Assembly: GCA_036500205.1 (NCBI GenBank)
Contig: DASYCK010000079.1
Coordinates: 40,756 to 104,755 of the forward strand
Reading direction: 5' to 3'
Origin: Polyangia bacterium
Lineage (GTDB): Bacteria; Myxococcota_A; Polyangia; Fen-1088
Length of the DNA stretch: 64,000 bases
In this document: positions 24,011 to 33,009 of the stretch, piece after piece
Numbering within the stretch: the first letter of the stretch is position 1
Layout of the letters: each line of letters opens with the position of its first letter
The notes under the pieces: model-generated
What the model was told of the DNA's origin: nothing
Seen by the model: only the letters and a program-made list of their open reading frames with translations
The model's database searches: none
Position numbers and translations under genes: made by a program

Positions 24011-26224
24011 CTTCGTTCGCTCTCGCGCATCGGTCGCCGGCGGAGCGGCAGGGGGAATGTCGACCTGGGTGGTGAGAGAGTTAGTCGTGATTTGCCAGGG
24101 TCCCGGGACGGGGATTCGTTCGCCCTTGGGGGTGACGCGCGTGAGAGCGGCGGGGGGGATGACGAGGGTGACGGTTTTGGTTTCTTGGGGAGCCAGCGGA
24201 ACGCGACGGAAGGCGACCAGGGAGCGGAGGGGATCGGTGGGCAGGCGCGGACTGGGGGCGACGTAGAGCTGGACGACCTCCTCGGTGGGGAGCGCGCCTT
24301 CGTTGGTGACGGTGACCTGCACGGTGGCGCCGCCGGCGGCGGTGGCTGTCGTGGTGAGGTTGCCGTAGGAGACGGGCGCGTAGCCGAGGCCAGCGCCGAA
24401 GGGATAGGCGGGGGTGCCGGTGAAGTAGCGGTAGGTGCGCCCGGCCATGCGGTAGTCGCTGAAGGGCGGCAGATCTCCCGTGGAGCGGTAGAAGGTGACG
24501 GGGAGCCGCCCCGACGGGGACGCCGCGCCGAACAGCACGTCGGCGATGGCGTTGCCCCCTTCTTCTCCCGCGTACCAGGTCATCAGGATGGCGTCCGGCG
24601 GACGAGGGGTGTCGGAGAGCGCGAGCGCGCTGCCGCCCGACAGCACCACCACGACCGGCTTGCCCAGGCCGAGCAGGTCGCGCAGGAGGGCGCCCTGCAG
24701 CCCGGGCAGGTTCAGATCACGGCGATCGCCGGCGGGGTTCGCGCTGTCGGCCTCTCCCTCCTCGCCCTCCAGCTTCGGCGAGAGGCCCAAGGTCGCGACG
24801 ATCAGGTCGGCGCGCGCCGCCACCTTCAGCGCGGCGCCCAGCTCGGCGCGCGACGGGCCGGCGAGCGTGACGCCGCGAATGACGTCGACCTTCACGCCGC
24901 GCGCGGCGGCGGCCGCGCGAATTCCGGCGGCCGGCGTCACCGGAGCGACCGCACCGCCGTGATAGTTGCCGAGCAACGCCTCGTCGTCCTCGGCCAGCGG
25001 ACCAACGAGCGCGATCCGCCGGACCGCGGGGGCGATGGGCAACGCGCCGTCGTTTCGCAGCAGCACGAACGATTTTCTCGCCGCCTCGCGGGCCAGCGCG
25101 CGGTGGGCCGGCGGTGGAAACAAGGGGTCCTTCGACGGAGGGGATGCCGCGGGCGCATCGAACAGCCCCAGTCGAAAGCGCACCGCGAACAGGCGGATCG
25201 CCGCCCCATCGATCTCCGCCTCCGTGATCAGCCCGGCCGCCAGCGCCTCGCGCAGGTGTCGAAAGCTGTGGCCGCAGTCGAGGTCGGTGCCGCCGCGCAG
25301 CGCCAGCGCCGCCGCGTGGGCCTGGTCGACGGCGGCGTGATGGCCCGACACCACGTCGCCCACCGCGCCGCAGTCACCGACCACGAACCCGTCGAACCCG
25401 ACCGAGCGCCGCAGCCAGGTCTCGAGCAACGCCGCGTTCGCCACCGCCGGCACGCCGTTGATGCGGTTGTAGGCGGCCATGATGCCGGCCGGTCGCGCCT
25501 CGCGAACGACGGCCATGAACTGGGGCAGGTAAGTGTCGGCCAGATCGTGGGCGTCGACCACGGCATCGAAGTGATGGCGATCGAGCTCCGGGCCGCTGTG
25601 CACGGCGAAGTGCTTGGCCACTGCGGCCGTCCTCAGCGGCCCCGACGGAGCATTCCCCGTCGCGCCTTGCAGCCCGCGCACGTAGGCCACCGCGAGCTGC
25701 GCCGTCAGGAACGGATCCTCGCCATAGGTCTCTTGCCCGCGTCCCCAGCGTGGATCGCGGAAGATGTTGATGTTGGGGGCGAAGAAGGTCAGGCCGCCGT
25801 AACGGCTGCTGCCCCGCTGCTGTCCGTGCGCCGCCTCGAACTTCGTGCGGGCCTCGTCGGCGATGGCGCGGGCGATGCGACCGATGAGCTCTTCGTCGAA
25901 CGTGGCCGCCAGCCCGATGACCTGCGGGAAGACCGTGGCCACGCCGTCGCGGGCCACGCCGTGAAGCGATTCGCTCCACCAGTCGTAGGCGGGAATTCCG
26001 AGCCGGGAAATCGCCGGCGCGTCCGTCTCCAGCTGGCCGATCTTCTCGTCGATGGTCAGGCGCGCCACCAGCGCCTGGGCCCGCGCCACCGGATCGAGGG
26101 CGCCGGCCGTGAGACCGTCGCGCGGCTCCCTGAAGTGGGTCGAGCAGGAACCAACGGCGAAGAACAGCACCCATCGAGAGGCGTGCGCCGCGCTCGCGCT
26201 CGCCCCGGCGGCGCGTCCCCTCAA
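24008..26224 (-). CDS. Glycoside hydrolase family 3 (beta-glucosidase/beta-xylosidase-like)
   Basis: 738 aa. N-terminal signal-like region. GH3 blocks FAPNINIFRDPRWGRGQETYGEDPFL, AKHFAVHSGPE, GFVVGDCGAV, and a C-terminal Fn3-like block EVVQLYVAPS. Confidence 0.85.
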   Translation of the reverse strand: MRGRAAGASASAAHASRWVLFFAVGSCSTHFREPRDGLTAGALDPVARAQALVARLTIDEKIGQLETDAPAISRLGIPAYDWWSESLHGVARDGVATVFPQVIGLAATFDEELIGRIARAIADEARTKFEAAHGQQRGSSRYGGLTFFAPNINIFRDPRWGRGQETYGEDPFLTAQLAVAYVRGLQGATGNAPSGPLRTAAVAKHFAVHSGPELDRHHFDAVVDAHDLADTYLPQFMAVVREARPAGIMAAYNRINGVPAVANAALLETWLRRSVGFDGFVVGDCGAVGDVVSGHHAAVDQAHAAALALRGGTDLDCGHSFRHLREALAAGLITEAEIDGAAIRLFAVRFRLGLFDAPAASPPSKDPLFPPPAHRALAREAARKSFVLLRNDGALPIAPAVRRIALVGPLAEDDEALLGNYHGGAVAPVTPAAGIRAAAAARGVKVDVIRGVTLAGPSRAELGAALKVAARADLIVATLGLSPKLEGEEGEADSANPAGDRRDLNLPGLQGALLRDLLGLGKPVVVVLSGGSALALSDTPRPPDAILMTWYAGEEGGNAIADVLFGAASPSGRLPVTFYRSTGDLPPFSDYRMAGRTYRYFTGTPAYPFGAGLGYAPVSYGNLTTTATAAGGATVQVTVTNEGALPTEEVVQLYVAPSPRLPTDPLRSLVAFRRVPLAPQETKTVTLVIPPAALTRVTPKGERIPVPGPWQITTNSLTTQVDIPPAAPPATDARERTK

Positions 26225-26240
26225 TTTCCCCGCCCCATTC

Positions 26241-26753
26241 TCACTTCAACGAGACGGTGCCCTTGGCGTAGACCTTCTCCTTGCCGCCGATGATCCGGGT
26301 CGCCAGCACCTCGTACTTGTGCCCCTTCACGAAGCCCAGGTCCTTCGAGATCGATACGCCGTTGACCTGGACGATCTTCTGCGTCGTCTGCACCTTCACC
26401 TCGCTGAAGTTCACCTGATCGCGCGGCTTCACCGACACGTCGTAGTAAACGATGTTGATGGTGGTGGCCCCCGGCGCCTCCTTCAGGAACACCATGAGGT
26501 TCAGGGTCCAGGCCCCCCCCTCCCCCTTGATGGCGGGCTTCGACTGCTTCTTGACCGCCTTCATCATGTCGGCGTCGCTGCCGAAGCCGGTGCCGAACTC
26601 GGCGTCGCTGACCGCGATCTTGCCCTTCATGCCATCGGCGCGCGCCGGCGTGGGCGCCCCCAGCACGAGGCCGATGACCAGGGCGAACAGCGCGACCGAA
26701 AGCGGTGGCGCGAACCGAAACGCGGGAGTGGACGAGCGGTGCGTGCGAAGCAT
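26241..26753 (-). CDS. Secreted hypothetical protein
   Basis: SD GCAGGAGG 9 nt upstream of the ATG. Signal peptide ..LVIGLVLGAPTPARADG. Lys-rich beta-type sequence; no family recognised. Ends 16 bp upstream of the GH3 gene. Confidence 0.6.
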   Translation of the reverse strand: MLRTHRSSTPAFRFAPPLSVALFALVIGLVLGAPTPARADGMKGKIAVSDAEFGTGFGSDADMMKAVKKQSKPAIKGEGGAWTLNLMVFLKEAPGATTINIVYYDVSVKPRDQVNFSEVKVQTTQKIVQVNGVSISKDLGFVKGHKYEVLATRIIGGKEKVYAKGTVSLK

Positions 26754-26863
26754 GGGTGGGAGCCTCCTGCTTATCGGTATCGCTGTGACGGCGGATTTTC
26801 AAGCGTTCGTTCTGGCGCCGGCTGGCGGCCAGCCGGCGCACGTGGCATTCTGGCACCTGCCGT

Positions 26864-27928
26864 ATGTCCGAGTCCGCCGCATTCCCACACGCCCGGGTGG
26901 CGCTCCAGGCCGCCCAGCCGGCCGCTGCCGAGGACATCGCCGCGCACGACGTCGAGGCGGCCCACGAGATCGCCGAGGCGCGCCGCACCATCGCCGCCGA
27001 GATCGGCAAGCGCATCGTGGGTCAGGACGCCGTCATCGAGCACCTGCTGGTGGCCCTGTTCGCGCGCGGTCATTGCCTGTTCGTTGGCGTGCCCGGCCTG
27101 GCCAAGACGCTGTTGATCCAGACGGTGTCCGACGTGCTGGCGCTGTCGTTTGGGCGCGTTCAGTTCACGCCCGATCTCATGCCGTCGGACATCACCGGCA
27201 CCGACGTGCTGGAAGAGGATCGGGCCACCGGTCGCCGCGTCTTTCGCTTCGTGAAGGGTCCCCTGTTCGCGAACGTGATCCTCGCCGATGAGGTCAACCG
27301 CACGCCGCCCAAGACGCAGGCGGCGCTGCTGCAATCGATGCAAGAGGGGCGGGTCTCGGCGGGCGGGCAAACCTACGAGCTGCCCAAGCCTTTCCTCGTC
27401 TTCGCCACGCAGAATCCCATCGAGCAGGAGGGGACGTATCCCCTGCCCGAGGCGCAGCTCGATCGGTTCATGTTCCAGATCGACGTGGGCTACCCCACGG
27501 AGGCCGAGGAGATTCGCATCGTCAACCAGATGACCTCCGCGTATCGCCCCACCTTGCGCCGGGTGCTGTCGCCGGAAAAGATCATGGCGCTGCAAGAGCT
27601 GGTGCTGCGCGTGCCGGTGGCGCCGCACGTGGTCGGCCACGCAGTGGCCCTGTGCCGCGCCACCCGCCCCGGCGAGCCCGGCGCCTCCGAGACCATCAAG
27701 CGCTATGTGTCGTTCGGCGCCGGTCCGCGCGCGTCGCAGTACCTGATCCACGCCGCCAAGGCGCGCGCCATCCTGGCCGGCCGCTACGCGGTCAGTGTCG
27801 AGGATGTGCGGGCGCTGGCGATGCCGGTGCTGGTGCATCGCGTGCTGCCGAACTTCCACGCCGAGGCGGACGGCGTGACGGCGCGCGGGCTCGTCGAGAA
27901 GTTGCTCGAGACGGTTCGCCCCGCTTGA
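26864..27928 (+). CDS. MoxR-family AAA+ ATPase
   Basis: IVGQDAVIEHLLVALFARGHCLFVGVPGLAKT (Walker A), ILADEVNR (Walker B), FLVFATQNPIEQEGTYPLPEAQLDRF. Confidence 0.9.
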   Translation: MSESAAFPHARVALQAAQPAAAEDIAAHDVEAAHEIAEARRTIAAEIGKRIVGQDAVIEHLLVALFARGHCLFVGVPGLAKTLLIQTVSDVLALSFGRVQFTPDLMPSDITGTDVLEEDRATGRRVFRFVKGPLFANVILADEVNRTPPKTQAALLQSMQEGRVSAGGQTYELPKPFLVFATQNPIEQEGTYPLPEAQLDRFMFQIDVGYPTEAEEIRIVNQMTSAYRPTLRRVLSPEKIMALQELVLRVPVAPHVVGHAVALCRATRPGEPGASETIKRYVSFGAGPRASQYLIHAAKARAILAGRYAVSVEDVRALAMPVLVHRVLPNFHAEADGVTARGLVEKLLETVRPA

Positions 27929-27936
27929 CCGAGCGG

Positions 27937-28827
27937 ATGCTCGATCCAGGCGAGCTCGCCAAGCTGGCGTCGCTGTCGGTGCGTTCACGCATGGTGGTCG
28001 AGGGGGCGTTCGCCGGCCTTCACCACAACCGCAACACCGGCAGCTCGATCGAGTTCGCCGAGCACAAGGAGTACGCGCCGGGTGACGACGTCCGCCACCT
28101 CGACTGGAAGGCGGCCGCCCGGGTCGATCGTCTCTACGTCAAGCGCTTCGAGGACGAGACCGAGATGCGGACCTATCTGCTGCTCGACGCCTCGGCGTCG
28201 ATGGGCTACCGCCGCACCGGCGTGTCGAAGCTCGACTACGGCGGCATGCTGTGCGGCGCGCTGGCTTACCTGCTGGGACAGCAGGGCGATCCGGCGGGGT
28301 TGCTGCTGTTCGACGAGAAGACGCGGCAGTATCTGCCGCCGCGCACCCGCCCCGGCCACATCCGCGATCTGCTGGCCTTGCTGGAAGGCGCCTTTCCGGC
28401 GGGCCGTACGGCGCCCGAGAGCGCGCTGGCGCAGATCGGCGAGCTGGCCGAACGGCGCAGCCTCATCGTGCTGGTATCGGATCTATTCGACGCGCCAGAG
28501 CTCGTCGCTGATCGGCTGCGGCAGCTGCGCGCGCGTGGTCACGACGTCGTCGTCTTCCACCTGCTCGATCCGGACGAGATCGATCTGTCCTTCGACGAGC
28601 TGACACACTTCGAAGGGATCGAGCCGGGCGACGAGCGCAAGCTCCTCGGCGATCCGCGCGAGCTTCGCGCCGCCTTCCGGCGCGCCTCTGAGGCGTTCCG
28701 GGCCTCGTGGCGCGAGGCCTGCCTCGACGCACGCGTCGAATATCAGCTGGGCGTCACCGACGCGCCGCCGTCGGCGCTGCTCCGCCGCTTCTTGCTGTCG
28801 CGGCAAAAAGGGCGACCCCGCGCCTGA
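27937..28827 (+). CDS. DUF58-family protein (MoxR partner)
   Basis: In frame within ORF 27652..28827(+). ATG 27937; TTG 27925, overlapping the MoxR TGA, is an alternative. Motif GSSIEFAEHKEYAPGDDVRHLDWKAAARVDRLYVKRFEDE. Confidence 0.85.
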   Translation: MLDPGELAKLASLSVRSRMVVEGAFAGLHHNRNTGSSIEFAEHKEYAPGDDVRHLDWKAAARVDRLYVKRFEDETEMRTYLLLDASASMGYRRTGVSKLDYGGMLCGALAYLLGQQGDPAGLLLFDEKTRQYLPPRTRPGHIRDLLALLEGAFPAGRTAPESALAQIGELAERRSLIVLVSDLFDAPELVADRLRQLRARGHDVVVFHLLDPDEIDLSFDELTHFEGIEPGDERKLLGDPRELRAAFRRASEAFRASWREACLDARVEYQLGVTDAPPSALLRRFLLSRQKGRPRA

Positions 28828-28885
28828 TCGGCGAGGACACCGTCGTTGGATTCGGGTAAAAGCGGCTACAGATGGCGGAAATGAG

Positions 28886-29503
28886 ATGAGTGAACGCCCG
28901 GACTTGCTCCTCGCGTCGGCGTCTCCGCGGCGACGCGAGCTGCTCGAGCGGGTCGGCCTGTCCCTGCGCATCTCCGCGCCGAACGTCGACGAGACCCCCT
29001 ACCCCGGCGAGGCGGCGACCGACTACGTGCGGCGGATGGCGATGGACAAGATCGTGGTCGCCCGGAACACGCCCGAAGCAACCCCCGACCTGGCCGTGCT
29101 GGCGGCCGACACCATCGTCATTTTGCGCGGTGAGATCTTGGGAAAACCCCGCGACCGGGACGACGCCGCACGCATGCTGCAGCGCCTGGCCGGCCATCGC
29201 CACGAAGTGACCACCGCCTACCGCATCGCCTTCGGTCCCCGCGAGGTCGAGCGCGCCGTCACCACGACCGTGGCGTTCCGGTTGCTCGATCCGCGTGAGC
29301 TCGAGGCCTATCTCGCCTGCGACGAGTGGCAGGGAAAGGCGGGCGCTTATGCGGTGCAGGGGGTGGCGGCCGCCTTCGTCAGCGAGCTGCGCGGGTCGTT
29401 GACCAATGTGGTCGGCCTGCCGCTGTCCGAGGTGCTGGCCGATCTGCGCGCGCTCGGCGCCCTGCCCGGCTATCCGCCGGCGCGCTTTCCCAGCCTCGCA
29501 TGA
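28886..29503 (+). CDS. maf: Maf-family nucleoside triphosphate pyrophosphatase
   Basis: LLLASASPRRRELL.., GKAGAYAVQG. Confidence 0.88.
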   Translation: MSERPDLLLASASPRRRELLERVGLSLRISAPNVDETPYPGEAATDYVRRMAMDKIVVARNTPEATPDLAVLAADTIVILRGEILGKPRDRDDAARMLQRLAGHRHEVTTAYRIAFGPREVERAVTTTVAFRLLDPRELEAYLACDEWQGKAGAYAVQGVAAAFVSELRGSLTNVVGLPLSEVLADLRALGALPGYPPARFPSLA

Positions 29504-30216
29504 GCCGCGCCGAGGAGATCGCCACCCGCCTGGCCGAGGTCCGTCGACGGATCACCGACGCGGAGGCTGGCGCCGGCCGCCCCGCCGGTTCGGTCCGACT
29601 GGTGGCCGTCAGCAAGAAGATGCCCGCCGAAGACGTGCGCGCGGCGCTGGCTGCCGGCCAGCGCGACTTCGGCGAGAACTACGCCCAGGAATTGCGCGAC
29701 AAGCGGGCGGCGTTCGGGGGAGCAGATGAAGCGGGGCCGCGCTGGCACTACCTGGGACCGTTGCAGCGAAACAAAGTGAAGTTTCTGGCCGGTCAGGTGG
29801 CCCTCATACATTCGGTGGCGGACGAAGACATCCTCGACGAGATCGAACGGCGCGCGGCGGCGGCCGGCGCGGTCCAGGACTGCCTCGTGCAGGTCAACAT
29901 CGCCGGCGAAGCGCAGAAGAGCGGCGCGGTGAGCGCGGCGGTGCCCGCTTTGCTCGATCGATTCGCGACCGCCGCGCATGTTCGTTGCGTGGGCCTGATG
30001 TTGATTCCGCCCCTCGACGCCGATCCCTCCGAGACGCGCCGGCACTTCGCGTCGCTGCGCGCGCTGCGCGAGCGCGAGGCCACCATCGCCCGACCCCACG
30101 TCGATTTGAAAGAACTTTCCATGGGAATGAGCGGCGACTTCGCCGCCGCCATCGCCGAGGGGGCGACCTTGGTCAGGGTGGGAACGGCCATCTTCGGCGC
30201 GCGCGTGACCGGTTGA
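29500..30216 (+). CDS. yggS: YggS-family pyridoxal-phosphate homeostasis protein
   Basis: ATG 29500 overlaps the maf TGA (ATGA). LVAVSKKMP (PLP lysine), FGENYAQEL, HYLGPLQRNK, LSMGMSGDF. Confidence 0.88.
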   Translation: MSRAEEIATRLAEVRRRITDAEAGAGRPAGSVRLVAVSKKMPAEDVRAALAAGQRDFGENYAQELRDKRAAFGGADEAGPRWHYLGPLQRNKVKFLAGQVALIHSVADEDILDEIERRAAAAGAVQDCLVQVNIAGEAQKSGAVSAAVPALLDRFATAAHVRCVGLMLIPPLDADPSETRRHFASLRALREREATIARPHVDLKELSMGMSGDFAAAIAEGATLVRVGTAIFGARVTG

Positions 30217-31181
30217 AGGGGGTCCGCCGTCTGGCCGCCCGCGTGACGCTCGCCGTCGGTCTGATGGTGGCGAGCGCGGCCCGGGCCGAATCGACCAGCG
30301 ACGCCTTTCGTTACGATCCGGCTGCCGTCGAGTCGCCGCGGCTGCGCAACGTCGAGCCGCGCACGGCCGTCTACCTCGACGCCGGCTACGCCCGCAGCGG
30401 CGATCTGTCGGCGCTGCCCAACATCGCCGGCTCGGCGCACGGCTACCGCATGGCCGCGGGGGGTAGCCTGAAGCTCGGCCGCTTCCAGCTCGACGTCGAG
30501 CTCCCCGCCGGACAGGTCACCACCCTCGACCTGATCGATCCCAACCCGCTGTTCATGATCGATCCCCAGGACAAGCACCAGACGGCGGTGTCGCTCGGAG
30601 ACTCGCGCCTGGGGGCGCAATGGACGGGCGTGCTTCCCATCGACACGATGGCGGTGGTGGCGGGCTTCGGCGTAAGCCTGCGCGTCCCCACCCACACTAC
30701 CCGCTACACGTTCCACCTCACAGACGGCAGCCCGGGGCTGTACGTGCTCCCTTACTACTTCAACATCCAGCCGACCTTCCTGCTCGGCGAGGCGCTCGGT
30801 CCCGTCTCGTTCGTCATGAACCAGAGCGCGCTGATCCTGACGGGGCCTGACGGGACGGTCGCCGACATCCCGGTCGTCATTCCCAATATCTATTTTTGGG
30901 ATGCCCACTACGGCGTGTCGGTGCGGGTCGCCGACGGCTTCGCGCTGTCGTGCGTGCTCAACACGACCTATCAGCTGAACAAGCTCGACGTGGTGGTCTT
31001 TCCCAATCTCAACAAGGTGCGCTCCGCGTATCTGGTCCCTGGCGCCCAGGTTCACGTCGGGGCCTACCGGATCGACCTGGTCGGTCGCTTCGGGATCAAG
31101 CGGGGGGCCGAGCCCCTGGGCGTCCTCACCTTCGCCGGAACCGACGCCATCACGCTGCGCGTCTCGCGAATCTTCGATTGA
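30213..31181 (+). CDS. Secreted hypothetical protein, beta-barrel-like
   Basis: TTG 30213 overlaps the yggS TGA (TTGA). Signal peptide LKGVRRLAARVTLAVGLMVASAARA-ES. Alternating hydrophobic pattern throughout; no family recognised. Confidence 0.55.
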   Translation: MKGVRRLAARVTLAVGLMVASAARAESTSDAFRYDPAAVESPRLRNVEPRTAVYLDAGYARSGDLSALPNIAGSAHGYRMAAGGSLKLGRFQLDVELPAGQVTTLDLIDPNPLFMIDPQDKHQTAVSLGDSRLGAQWTGVLPIDTMAVVAGFGVSLRVPTHTTRYTFHLTDGSPGLYVLPYYFNIQPTFLLGEALGPVSFVMNQSALILTGPDGTVADIPVVIPNIYFWDAHYGVSVRVADGFALSCVLNTTYQLNKLDVVVFPNLNKVRSAYLVPGAQVHVGAYRIDLVGRFGIKRGAEPLGVLTFAGTDAITLRVSRIFD

Positions 31182-31219
31182 TCGAGGTGTCCCGCTCTTT
31201 CGTGTACGCTTGAAAGGAG

Positions 31220-31651
31220 ATGCAAATGTCGCGCAACATCCTCCTCGCCCTGGTCTTCTCCCTGTTGACGGCGAGCGCCTGTTCGTCAGGAAGCTCCAGC
31301 CCAGTCGATGCCGCCCATGACTATCTCACGTTCGACGTGTCGTTCGGCGATCTCCCGTCCGGCTGTCCGCCCGCCGCGGCGAACGACAAGGGAATCGGCA
31401 GCGTCTGCACGATGGGCGGCGGCGAATGCAAGAACGGCCTGCTGTGCGCGTGCGAGCCGCACGCCAACATCCTGCCGCCCGACGGCACGCCTTGCGTGTG
31501 CACACAGCTCATCTTCAGCGGCTGCGACGCCGTGCCGACCGACTACTGCGGCCAGGGCGCGACCTGTTGCAGCTACCTGAACGAAGCGTCGATCTGCGTC
31601 CCGATGGTCTGCCTTCCCGACGGCGTCTGCCCGACCTTCACCACCCCTTGA
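31220..31651 (+). CDS. Small Cys-rich lipoprotein
   Basis: Lipobox LLTASAC, then about 14 further Cys residues in ~120 aa. No family recognised. Confidence 0.6.
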   Translation: MQMSRNILLALVFSLLTASACSSGSSSPVDAAHDYLTFDVSFGDLPSGCPPAAANDKGIGSVCTMGGGECKNGLLCACEPHANILPPDGTPCVCTQLIFSGCDAVPTDYCGQGATCCSYLNEASICVPMVCLPDGVCPTFTTP

Positions 31652-31701
31652 ACGACGACGCGCGCTCGTTGCCGCCGGCCCATCCCCGGGGCGCTCCGTG
31701 T

Positions 31702-33009
31702 GTGATCGACTTCGAGGGGGCGCCGATGCGGGCCTTCACGGATGAGCCGCTGGCGGTCAGCCTGTTCGCCGCCGGCGTCCGCACGCTGGGGCGCTCGACG
31801 AAGTATCACCGCCCGCGCGGGGCATTCTGCTTCGAAGGGCACTGCGCCTCCTGCCTGGTGCGGGTCGACGGACGACCGAACGTGCGCGCCTGCATGACGC
31901 CGGTCCGCCCCGACCTGCGGTGCGAGCGTCAGAACGCTTTTCCCTCCGCCGAGGTCGACTTGATGGAGGCGGCGGACTGGATGTTTCCCCACGGCATGGA
32001 CCACCACACGCTGATGACGGGGAACGCGGCCGCCAACCGCCTGTTCGTCAATCTGGTCCGCCAGGTGGGCGGCTCGGGAACGCTGCCCGACGCCGCCCCC
32101 GAGGCGGTGCCGGCGTCACGCGCCCAGCTGACCGACGTCTGCATCGTGGGGGGTGGACCGGCCGGCCTGCGCGCGGCCGCCACGCTCGGCCGGCTGGCGC
32201 CGGGCACTCGCATCGTTCTCGTCGACGAACAGGCCACGCTGGGCGGCTCCTGGCTGGCCGAGCCTGGTGGCGCGGCGCTCGCGCAGGCAGCCGTCTCCGA
32301 CGCCCTGGCCGCTGGCGTCGTCGTGCATCGCCGCGCCGTCGCGCTCGGCTTCTTCCCCGAGGATGTCGAGCCGATCCTGGAAAACGCGCCGGATCGCGAG
32401 GCCTGGCTGGTGGGAACGCTGGTGGTCGCCACGCCGGAGGGGCTCCTGCGCATCAGCGCCAAGCGGATCCTGTACGCGACGGGCGGGGCCGATCAGAACG
32501 TCCCCTTCCTCGACAACGACCGGCCCGGCGTGCTGTCGGCGCGGGCCTGCGGGCGGCTGGCGTTTCTGCACGGCGTTCGCCCCGGCCGCCGGGTCGCCAT
32601 CGTGGGAAACGGCCCGCTCGGCGATTGCCTGGCCGCTGGTCTCGCCGCGGCCGGCGTGGAGGTCGAACGTATCGCGGAGCCCGACGAGCGCCCCTTCGCG
32701 GCGGTGGGCGGCGGTGACCTGCGGGCCCTCGACGTGCTCGATCGGGCCGAGCGCAAGCGACGCGTGGACGCGGACATCATTGCCAGCGCGGCCATCCCCG
32801 CCCCCGCCTCCGAGTTGCCCCGCCAGCACGGCGCGCGCGTCGACTTCGACGAGGGGGGCGGCGGCTTCGCCGTGCAGATCGACGAGGTATTTCGTACCAG
32901 CGTTCCCCGGGTCTACGCCTGCGGTGACGTCGCCGGCTACCGCGGACCCATGGCGGCCGCGGAAGCGGGGGCAGCGGCCGGACGAGAAATCGCGCAGACT
33001 GTCCGGTGA
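31702..33009 (+). CDS. 2Fe-2S-binding / FAD-dependent pyridine-nucleotide-disulfide oxidoreductase (SoxA-alpha-like)
   Basis: In frame within ORF 31426..33009(+). GTG 31702 (VIDFEGAP..) or ATG 31726. GHCASCLVRVDGRPNVRACMTP, dinucleotide fold DVCIVGGGPAGL, C-terminal YACGDVAG. Confidence 0.75.
   Translation: MIDFEGAPMRAFTDEPLAVSLFAAGVRTLGRSTKYHRPRGAFCFEGHCASCLVRVDGRPNVRACMTPVRPDLRCERQNAFPSAEVDLMEAADWMFPHGMDHHTLMTGNAAANRLFVNLVRQVGGSGTLPDAAPEAVPASRAQLTDVCIVGGGPAGLRAAATLGRLAPGTRIVLVDEQATLGGSWLAEPGGAALAQAAVSDALAAGVVVHRRAVALGFFPEDVEPILENAPDREAWLVGTLVVATPEGLLRISAKRILYATGGADQNVPFLDNDRPGVLSARACGRLAFLHGVRPGRRVAIVGNGPLGDCLAAGLAAAGVEVERIAEPDERPFAAVGGGDLRALDVLDRAERKRRVDADIIASAAIPAPASELPRQHGARVDFDEGGGGFAVQIDEVFRTSVPRVYACGDVAGYRGPMAAAEAGAAAGREIAQTVR

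Noticed and set aside
26843-26860. TGGCAT-TCTGG-CACC upstream of MoxR as a sigma-54 promoter
   Set aside because: The -12 element (TTGC) is absent, and the site ends only 4 nt from the start codon.
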